DNA of 16,823 nt. Source: Methanobacterium sp. (GTDB lineage Archaea; Methanobacteriota; Methanobacteria; Methanobacteriales; Methanobacteriaceae). The stretch spans positions 655 to 17,477 of the forward strand of contig PMWA01000058.1 in the NCBI GenBank assembly GCA_003166335.1. Direction: 5' to 3'. Under the pieces are notes generated by a model. It saw only the letters and a list, made by a program, of their open reading frames with translations, had not been told where the DNA came from and did not search any database. The stretch's first letter is position 1. The number at the start of each line of letters is the position of its first letter. Below are positions 9,940-16,823 of the stretch, piece after piece. The position numbers and the translations under genes are program-made.

Positions 9940-10578
9940 TTAGATTAATTCTGCAATGGTTTGACTGAGTCCGCCGGGTTTAGTAACAGTTATAATGAGG
10001 TCACCATTACTATCTTCAGTTAATAATAATTCATTGAATGAGTTAGTGTAAGTTGTATTAACATTCGGTGAATTCATACTAATATATCCAACAGTACCTG
10101 TTACATTAGATGGTAACGGACCGATAGGTACATTTAAAGATGTTAAATTGTAAAGTGGATCAATTACTGGTGGTGCTGCACCGTTACTCCATCCTCTAAC
10201 AGTTAAATTTAAATTACCATTACCACTGTTATTAGGATTAAACAATCCAGTCCAGGTGTCAATTCTAAGAAAAGATCCCACAGGTAATGATTTGTTATTA
10301 TATCCGAGTAAGCTGCTGATGTCAAAAGTTTTATTTTCACCAGGTTTAAGCCAGGCTTCACCATAATAAACTTGTGTGGTATTATTAACAGTAGTGTCAT
10401 TTAAAATGACAAACTCGATATGCGTCCAAGCTTGAGTATTATTGTTATAAAATTCGAGTTTAGTGCCGTTTTGAGTTAAAGTATTACTAGTAGTTCCTCC
10501 CATCATCATTATCGCTGCAACCGCTCCAATAATTATTAAAACAACCGCAACTATTAATATAATGATAGGGGTTCTCAT
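9940..10578 (-). CDS. Hypothetical membrane-anchored surface protein, sequon-rich
   Basis: 212 aa with an N-terminal signal/anchor helix and about 12 N-X-S/T sequons. Its ATG overlaps the stop of the upstream gene (ATGA). Confidence 0.82.
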   Translation of the reverse strand: MRTPIIILIVAVVLIIIGAVAAIMMMGGTTSNTLTQNGTKLEFYNNNTQAWTHIEFVILNDTTVNNTTQVYYGEAWLKPGENKTFDISSLLGYNNKSLPVGSFLRIDTWTGLFNPNNSGNGNLNLTVRGWSNGAAPPVIDPLYNLTSLNVPIGPLPSNVTGTVGYISMNSPNVNTTYTNSFNELLLTEDSNGDLIITVTKPGGLSQTIAELI

Positions 10579-10808
10579 ACTATTGTAACCACCTTATAAG
10601 CAACTATGGCAACAAATACTATTAATAAAGGTATTATGGCCACGTTCGCACCTTTTAAAAAGGATTGTACTGATTTATGCTCTGCTTCTGAACTCAAAAT
10701 CTCCTTAAGAGCCAAGAAAACTATTAAAGATACAACTGCGATTATACTTAAAGTCATTACCTCAGTAGTAGTGACCGTAGTAGTGGTAGTTGTTACAGTA
10801 GATATCAT
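10575..10808 (-). CDS. Small membrane protein with a poly-Thr N-terminus and two hydrophobic helices
   Basis: 77 aa: MISTVTTTTTTVTTT, TM1, charged loop, TM2. ATGA coupling to the next gene, a TATA element upstream and mixed Thr codons all support real coding. Confidence 0.82.
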   Translation of the reverse strand: MISTVTTTTTTVTTTEVMTLSIIAVVSLIVFLALKEILSSEAEHKSVQSFLKGANVAIIPLLIVFVAIVAYKVVTIV

Positions 10809-10832
10809 GTATAAAATGTATCCTACTCTTCA

Positions 10833-10840
10833 TATATATA
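10833..10840 (-). promoter_or_regulatory. Putative TATA box for a leaderless or short-leader transcript of the 77-aa gene
   Basis: TATATATA 25-32 nt upstream of ATG 10808, preceded by purine-rich AAGG (BRE-like). Confidence 0.5.
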
Positions 10841-11030
10841 CCTTGTGATTTAATTCCCATATAAAAGAGAATTATCTAATAAGTCCACATTAACTTAGAC
10901 TAACCGATAATTCCGTGACAAACTGCACATTAACAATTAAAGGAATACCTAATATCTTAATAAATCACAAACCATACCAAATTCTACCGAGTTATACTGT
11001 AATGATCTGGTATCACCAATCACTAATAAC

Positions 11031-12464
11031 TCAACCCGTAACATTACCTCCAGTTGAGGCGGTGATGTTAAGCCATAAATGAAGTGACCGGTAAACATTA
11101 CTATCATCCGGCAATTTATATAAATTAAAAACCATCTCCCTAGAACCCGGATCACCCGCCGTGAAGTTAAAAGGAATCATTATCGATTGCTGATTATTTA
11201 AAGTGACCACTTCATCAATCTGCGCAATATTATCACTAGTCACCACCAAATGATAACTAGTCTGCTTATTCTCATGATTCACAATACCAATAATCAAACT
11301 ACCATTCTCACCACTCGTTAAATTAGTTGGATAATCACTAGCCATACCACCCGGACCTAAAATATAAAACTCAGTAAAAGACTCACCCACCTTAGGCTCC
11401 ACAATAACATACACCGTAGCAGACACCGCCACCAATATGGATAAGATTAGAATCACTGATAAGACTTTACCAGTTCTAGATTCCCCGGAGAAACCCGCAC
11501 CTAAACTTTTAAAGAATCCACTGAAATCTACCCGGAAACGAGCCTCACTCGGTGTAAAACGCCTCCTCACATACGCTACAACAACTAATAAAATCGTTAA
11601 ACTACTTAACGATAATAAAATAGGATCCAAACGAATACCAAAACTAGTATAATTCAATAGTAAACCAACGAGTGGAGTAACTGCGATGCTCAATCCAAAA
11701 CTCAATGCTAAACGCTCAACACTATCCAAATCCCCCATTTTAGGAAACAAAGCAGCTATAAGAGCATAACCAGGTAAAAAAAGAATCAAAAATAATCCTA
11801 AAACCGTACGCGGTACAGTTCCACTTAAAACAGGAGTTAAAATAAACACTACAGTAAGAACTGTGAAGAAACCAATTAATACTAAATCCCATGCATAAAA
11901 ACCCTTTTTACTCTTAACTTTATTCTCATCACCCTTTACAGGTTCCTCTTTACTACTAGATTGCAATGATTCTAATTTCTCATCACTTTTAGAACCCGAA
12001 ACCTCCAATTCCAACTTATCAAGAAGCTGCTGACCTAAATTCTCCCGTTCAACCAGAATCTGCTTCTCATCAAAACCAGCTTCTTCCTTAATATTATCCA
12101 AAACAGCTCTTCGAAAAGAAGTCCTACGACGAATAAAAGCAGCAATGATTAAAATAAATGTCAATATCGGTATCACCACAAACATAGCTATCGAAGAAGG
12201 ATTAAAAACTGATAAAAGACTAACTGTAACCGTTAACAATAAACTTAAAACAATACTATAAATAACACGTCTAACTACACCCATCCGATAAAGAAGAGGT
12301 TTCAATACAGCCAAAAGTGAGTAACCAGATAAAAATACTAACAATAAAAAATAAGGTACAATATTAAAAGGATACTTAACCAACACTGGAATACTCAACC
12401 AAGCCACTGAGGCAACAGTTAAAACAAGTACAATTATAAGGTCACGATAAGATGGTTTAATCAT
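11031..12464 (-). CDS. DUF1616-domain membrane protein with a duplicated N-terminal membrane module
   Basis: LFLPGYALIAALFP...ERLALSFGLSIAVTPLVGLLLNYT and ESFTEFYILGPGGMASDYPTNL...GIVNHE...YRSLHLW are characteristic of DUF1616. AGGAG RBS at 12480-12476. Confidence 0.88.
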   Translation of the reverse strand: MIKPSYRDLIIVLVLTVASVAWLSIPVLVKYPFNIVPYFLLLVFLSGYSLLAVLKPLLYRMGVVRRVIYSIVLSLLLTVTVSLLSVFNPSSIAMFVVIPILTFILIIAAFIRRRTSFRRAVLDNIKEEAGFDEKQILVERENLGQQLLDKLELEVSGSKSDEKLESLQSSSKEEPVKGDENKVKSKKGFYAWDLVLIGFFTVLTVVFILTPVLSGTVPRTVLGLFLILFLPGYALIAALFPKMGDLDSVERLALSFGLSIAVTPLVGLLLNYTSFGIRLDPILLSLSSLTILLVVVAYVRRRFTPSEARFRVDFSGFFKSLGAGFSGESRTGKVLSVILILSILVAVSATVYVIVEPKVGESFTEFYILGPGGMASDYPTNLTSGENGSLIIGIVNHENKQTSYHLVVTSDNIAQIDEVVTLNNQQSIMIPFNFTAGDPGSREMVFNLYKLPDDSNVYRSLHLWLNITASTGGNVTG

Positions 12465-12616
12465 AAATATAAATGCTCCTGAGAGATAAACTATTTAAAA
12501 ATATTTAACATTTCTCCTTAATATAAATAAGTTAATTAAATAAAATATTTTTTAACTCTTATAACTTAAATAAGTACTATTATAATTAACTTGTATAATA
12601 GGTGGTATATAAAAAA

Positions 12617-12895
12617 ATGAAACTCTTACCCCACTCAACCATAGTAGTTAACAAAGACGTAGTAAGCTGTGACCTAGTTGACGAAGCTGCCATACTCAAC
12701 CTAAAAACTGGAATATACTACGGATTAGAGCCCGTAGGAGAACGCATCTGGAAACTCATCCAAACACCCCGACAACTAAATGAAATATTAGAAACACTCC
12801 TAAATGAATATGAAGTAGAAAAAGACCGCTGCCAAGAAGATTTAATAGAATTACTAATACAACTTTCAGAAAAAGAATTGGTAAATATAAATTGA
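12617..12895 (+). CDS. PqqD-family RiPP recognition element (lasso B1-like chaperone)
   Basis: DVVSCDLVDEAAILNLKTGIYYGLEPVGERIWKLI...LLNEYEVEKDRCQEDLIELLIQL. GGTGG RBS at 12601-12605 favours ATG 12617 over GTG 12602. Confidence 0.92.
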   Translation: MKLLPHSTIVVNKDVVSCDLVDEAAILNLKTGIYYGLEPVGERIWKLIQTPRQLNEILETLLNEYEVEKDRCQEDLIELLIQLSEKELVNIN

Positions 12896-12912
12896 GGTTA
12901 GATTAAAAAAAA

Positions 12913-13320
12913 ATGAAAATATTAACTAATTTTCTGAAGCAGACCCGGGTAGATCAACAACTCCTCATAACCACTCTCCTATCCATGATCATAATCCGAT
13001 TGAAACTATATTTAATACCATTCAACCGTAAACAACGATCACTAGAGAGAAGTAACAATAAAACAGCAAATGAAGTTCCCGTCCACAAATTAATCTGGGC
13101 AGTGCAAACAGTAAGCAATTATGTACCACATGCAACCTGTCTCACCAAAGCATTAACCGCCCAAAAATTACTTAAAAAATACGGTTACCCCAGCCAAGTT
13201 AAAATCGGTGTAAATAAAGACGCAGAAGGACAATTTGAAGCTCACGCCTGGCTAGAATACTCCGGAAAAGTGGTAATTGGAGAATCAGTGAAAGAATATG
13301 TACCACTCACCGATTTATAA
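12913..13320 (+). CDS. Lasso peptide biosynthesis B2-type protein (transglutaminase-like Cys peptidase)
   Basis: ATCLTKALTAQKLL (catalytic Cys) and VKIGV...FEAHAWLE (catalytic His). Lies 17 nt downstream of the PqqD gene. Confidence 0.9.
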   Translation: MKILTNFLKQTRVDQQLLITTLLSMIIIRLKLYLIPFNRKQRSLERSNNKTANEVPVHKLIWAVQTVSNYVPHATCLTKALTAQKLLKKYGYPSQVKIGVNKDAEGQFEAHAWLEYSGKVVIGESVKEYVPLTDL

Positions 13321-13450
13321 AACAAATCCCCTAAATTTATATATTTATAAATTATTTATCCTCTACTCTCCCTAATATGAATTTAGACTAATATTACCCA
13401 ATTATTGTTATACCCCCCTAATAATGGTGAAAAATGGAATGAGAAATAAA

Positions 13451-13632
13451 CTAGTTAATTTTTTTTCTATCTCCAATTGATAAATCCACATATTCCACAG
13501 GTTTAATATTAAAATATCTCCAGATCTAATTAAAGGTAACATACTAACCCCGAAGGCCTTGAAACGAAAACTATAACCTTTATCAAGAACCTCCTCCCAT
13601 AAATCAGAAGTTAATTCATCATTAATTTCCAA
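13451..13632 (-). pseudogene. S24/S26-family signal-peptidase-like gene remnant
   Basis: From TTG 13632: LEINDELTSDLWEEVLDKGYSFRFKAFGVSMLPLIRSGDILI (GxSMxP...GD catalytic Ser motif). A 1-nt frameshift near 13508 continues IKPVEYVDLSIGD, followed by a stop at 13451-13453. The second catalytic motif is absent. Confidence 0.75.
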
Positions 13633-13693
13633 ATTTTTACCTTCTAAAAAAAAAATCCATTTCTTTTTATATCTTTTATTAGTATGATAGGAT

Positions 13694-15514
13694 TTATTCC
13701 TGTTCAATGGATTGAAATTTATGAAAACTATTAAATTTACCATTATTCTTAGACAATAGCTCATCCCATGTTCCAGATTCAACTATACTACCGTTTTCCA
13801 TGAAATATATCTGGTCTGCTTTGCGAATAGTGGAAAGACGATGTGCAATCATCAGGATAGTGATATCACCATGCAGATTTTCAACCGAATTTAATATACG
13901 TTTTTCATTTTCAGAATCCAGATTACTAGTTGCTTCATCCAAAATAATTATAGAAGGCTTCCTAAGCAAAGCACGAGCCAACGCTAATCTCTGCTTCTCA
14001 CCACCAGATAATTTAACACCACGATCACCAATAAAAGTATCCAAACCATCAGGAAGCTCCTCCACAAAATCATAAGCCGCAGCCAATCTAAGAGAATTAA
14101 TTAAATCTTTCTCAACAGCATCTGGCTGAGTTAAAAGCAAATTAAAACGGATAGTTTCATTAAATAAGAAAGTCTCCTGAGCCACATAACCAATCCTATC
14201 CCGCCAAGATAAAAGATTATCCTGAGCTAAAGGAACATTATCAACCTTAATAACACCACTATCCGGTTGAATTAAACCCATAAGCAAATCCGCCACCGTA
14301 CTTTTACCCGCACCAGACGATCCAGTAATCGCAATAGTTTCACCCACCGGTATCCTAAGATTTAAATCCTCAATTTTAAAATGATCCTCACCCCTATACG
14401 AAAAAAATATATGATCAAAATTAATCATATTCTCTAAAACCATCACATCCCCCTCAGATTCCGTAGAATCAATATTCTGTAAACATTGCATTTCAAGTTG
14501 GTTAATATTATCAAACGCCGGCAGTGAATTAATGAAATACTGATAACTACTCTGAATAGTACTAAACTGTGGAAACATCATCACAAATATATAAATCAAT
14601 ATAAGTAAACTAGCAATGGGTATTTTAACTAATTGGATTAAAGTCAACACAATAATAGCCAACATAATCACCGTACCCACGTCAAATAATAATTTAACAT
14701 CAGCATAAGTTTTTACAGCATCCAAATAACCATCCATCACCTGATTAGTCTGATCAGAAAATACTTTGATATTCTCATCCTGCATTCCAAAACTTTTAAT
14801 GGTTTTCATACCATCCAAATGCTGCATAATACTATTATATATATTCCTAGTAGTATCCGTAATATTCTCACCACTCGAAATAGATCTCCTAACCCTTCTC
14901 CTAAGTAATAATAAAATAATTACACCGGCAATAAATATTAAACCAGTAGTAACACCCGCTAATTCAAGCGCGAAAATTATATACACCACTAGAACCATCA
15001 AACCCGCCAACAAATTAAGAAACTGACCCGTACCAACACTAACTCTTTCCACTTCATTCGTTAAAGCATGAGCAAAGCTTGATGACTTCATTCTAGTGAA
15101 AAATAACCAATCTGAATTTGTAATAGCCCGGTAAAGACGTTTACGGAGATGAGCAGCAAATTCAAACTGAATTTGCGAGGATTTAATAGTCTGCAAACGA
15201 TGCAATATTGCAATGAAACTCATCACCAACACATAAACCAATAAAATTATAAACAAGGTTGGCTTCAAATGCACTGTAAGAAAGAATGCAGATACATAGG
15301 CGGCAATCGCACCCAGAGAACCCTGCCCTACATTTAAACCCACCAACTCCAAAAGAGGAATCAATAAAAGCAAACTTACACCCGTGGATAGGCTAATTAA
15401 CACCATCAAAAAAACAGTCAACCCCACTTTCCGAGGCATTAAACTAAATAAATCATTAATAAAATGACCCAATAAACTATTTTTATATTTAAATAATATA
15501 GTTTCAGCAGCCAT
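13694..15514 (-). CDS. ABC exporter, fused permease and ATP-binding domain (MsbA/lasso D-like)
   Basis: N-terminal TM domain, Walker A GSSGAGKST, Q-loop YVAQE, signature LSGGEKQR, Walker B IIILDEATS and IAHR. GGAGTGA RBS favours ATG 15514 over GTG 15520. Confidence 0.93.
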   Translation of the reverse strand: MAAETILFKYKNSLLGHFINDLFSLMPRKVGLTVFLMVLISLSTGVSLLLLIPLLELVGLNVGQGSLGAIAAYVSAFFLTVHLKPTLFIILLVYVLVMSFIAILHRLQTIKSSQIQFEFAAHLRKRLYRAITNSDWLFFTRMKSSSFAHALTNEVERVSVGTGQFLNLLAGLMVLVVYIIFALELAGVTTGLIFIAGVIILLLLRRRVRRSISSGENITDTTRNIYNSIMQHLDGMKTIKSFGMQDENIKVFSDQTNQVMDGYLDAVKTYADVKLLFDVGTVIMLAIIVLTLIQLVKIPIASLLILIYIFVMMFPQFSTIQSSYQYFINSLPAFDNINQLEMQCLQNIDSTESEGDVMVLENMINFDHIFFSYRGEDHFKIEDLNLRIPVGETIAITGSSGAGKSTVADLLMGLIQPDSGVIKVDNVPLAQDNLLSWRDRIGYVAQETFLFNETIRFNLLLTQPDAVEKDLINSLRLAAAYDFVEELPDGLDTFIGDRGVKLSGGEKQRLALARALLRKPSIIILDEATSNLDSENEKRILNSVENLHGDITILMIAHRLSTIRKADQIYFMENGSIVESGTWDELLSKNNGKFNSFHKFQSIEQE

Positions 15515-15526
15515 AGTCACTCCGAA

Positions 15527-16732
15527 TTATTTTAATAAATATGTTTTATTTAGTTTAATTAAAATTTTTAGAATCCCAGTTTTTTTTATATATTTTAAAG
15601 CAAGATAAATGCTATTAACATAATAAAGAGGATATAATGAGTTAGGAATAGGAATAGTTGCTAATTGAGCAGGACGCGGATTAAAAAAAATCGATAAATA
15701 ATCTCTTATTTCATTAATAAAGCTCTCTCTTAACCCAATCCGATCCCATGCGGACCAATAAAAATTTATTGAATCTTTATTAAAAAGATTTTTTTGCATC
15801 CTATAAGAAATAGACTGCACTTTTTTGTCTTCCGCAAATTTCTGATAAACATCATCCGGAAGATTCACACCTATTAATTCCTTAGCTAATAAAAGAGATA
15901 CACCCAATATTCTATTTACACTACTCTTACTTGCCTTATCCAGTATCCTATCCCAATTTAATTCTTTATAAGTATTAATAATTTGCGCGATATCACAGAT
16001 CCAACCTAAGGAGTCCCATAAATGACCGGAAGCGTGCAATGATAAAATTAAAACTAACTCTTCCGGGGCGAAAGTTGAGAAACAGAAACCATCACCCCTA
16101 ACCTGAGTAATATAATTAGAATCATAAATCATATCATTATGCAAACGATTAACATTAAAATCCCAATGCAACTCCAAAATCAAAGTAGGATTATTCTGAA
16201 AAAATTTATACTCATGCTGAAACCTAAACAACAACTCCATCTGCGAATGATCTAACTCATAACATGAATCAAAACCATTAGAATTAAGTAATTCCTTTGC
16301 CTTAACAATATCTTCCTTCCTCACAAAAACATCTAGATCACCAAAATCCCTTAAAGCTAAATCTCCATAAGCAAGCAACGCTAAAACAAGCCCCTTATAT
16401 GGAATAGCCAAAATACCATTAGAATTCAATAAATCAAGAATTTCAAACAATTTACCCGCTAAAATAAAATTTCGTCTCGAAACTTCTAAAAACTTATTTT
16501 CAAGATCACTTAAAACATTTACCGGCACCATGTCTGGATATTTATTAAGATTCAAATATAAAAGCGGCGTCATTTTATGATAAAAGGCTTCATCCAAAAT
16601 ATATTGCCAATCCAAATCCTTTTTCAACAAAGAAAGAATCTTAAATTCAATATCACTCCTCAAATCCGTCCGAGCACAACAAAGAATTAACTCCTCTTCA
16701 GGACGAAAATTAACCTTTCCACTTACATCCAT
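15527..16732 (-). CDS. Nucleotidyltransferase family protein (NTP_transf_5-like)
   Basis: AIPYKGLVLALLAYGDLALRDFGDLDVFV (KG...R..GDxD), LELHW and LSLHASGHLW..LGWICDI motifs. Stop is 12 nt from the ABC gene ATG. Confidence 0.88.
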   Translation of the reverse strand: MDVSGKVNFRPEEELILCCARTDLRSDIEFKILSLLKKDLDWQYILDEAFYHKMTPLLYLNLNKYPDMVPVNVLSDLENKFLEVSRRNFILAGKLFEILDLLNSNGILAIPYKGLVLALLAYGDLALRDFGDLDVFVRKEDIVKAKELLNSNGFDSCYELDHSQMELLFRFQHEYKFFQNNPTLILELHWDFNVNRLHNDMIYDSNYITQVRGDGFCFSTFAPEELVLILSLHASGHLWDSLGWICDIAQIINTYKELNWDRILDKASKSSVNRILGVSLLLAKELIGVNLPDDVYQKFAEDKKVQSISYRMQKNLFNKDSINFYWSAWDRIGLRESFINEIRDYLSIFFNPRPAQLATIPIPNSLYPLYYVNSIYLALKYIKKTGILKILIKLNKTYLLK

Positions 16733-16747
16733 AAATATAAATCCCCA

Positions 16748-16777
16748 TCACCAGCCTTAAAACCTGTTATATATAAA
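16748..16777 (-). promoter_or_regulatory. Putative TATA box and GGTGA element upstream of the nucleotidyltransferase
   Basis: TTTATATA at 16777-16770 and GGTGA at 16752-16748. Confidence 0.4.
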
Positions 16778-16823
16778 AAAAGGATTCTCAAATACCAAAA
16801 TATTTTTTGAACAAAAAATTAAG

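Noticed and set aside
10764..10800. GTA/GTG/GTT triplet run as a microsatellite or phase-variation tract
   Set aside because: Mixed synonymous Thr codons point to protein-level selection, not a pure slippage repeat.
10209..11652. ORFs 10209-10400, 10606-10848, 10949-11155 and 11437-11652
   Set aside because: All overlap better-supported genes in other frames or strands, and none has a lasso-precursor pattern.
12617..12895. PQQ biosynthesis (pqqD)
   Set aside because: No pqqA/B/C/E or radical SAM gene nearby. The adjacent B2 peptidase indicates a lasso-type RRE.
13408..13782. 124-aa ORF as an intact gene
   Set aside because: Its N-terminus overlaps the ABC gene and its C-terminus is out-of-frame sequence. 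Treated as an S26 pseudogene.
13800..15026. ORFs 13800-14075 and 14766-15026 (+)
   Set aside because: Antisense shadows of the ABC transporter.
1..16823. CRISPR array, tRNA or rRNA
   Set aside because: No regularly spaced repeats or GC-rich structured RNA-like segments seen.

Overview
AT-rich archaeal DNA. The gene families (DUF2206, DUF1616), GGTGA/GGAG ribosome-binding sites and TATA-type promoters suggest a Methanobacterium-like methanogen (inference). The left half is a surface-glycan locus: a DUF2206 membrane protein running off the left edge, a Wzx-type flippase, three GT4 glycosyltransferases and a decayed GT4 fragment. It also holds a degraded IS5-family element and a 125-bp MITE derived from the same element family. 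The middle holds two Asn-rich membrane-anchored proteins, a 77-aa poly-Thr/two-helix protein and a DUF1616 protein. The right half is a lasso-peptide-like module: PqqD/RRE (B1), transglutaminase-like peptidase (B2), ABC exporter, nucleotidyltransferase and a frameshifted S24/S26 peptidase remnant. No lasso cyclase or canonical precursor is visible in the window. All family calls come from motif recognition by eye, not database searches.
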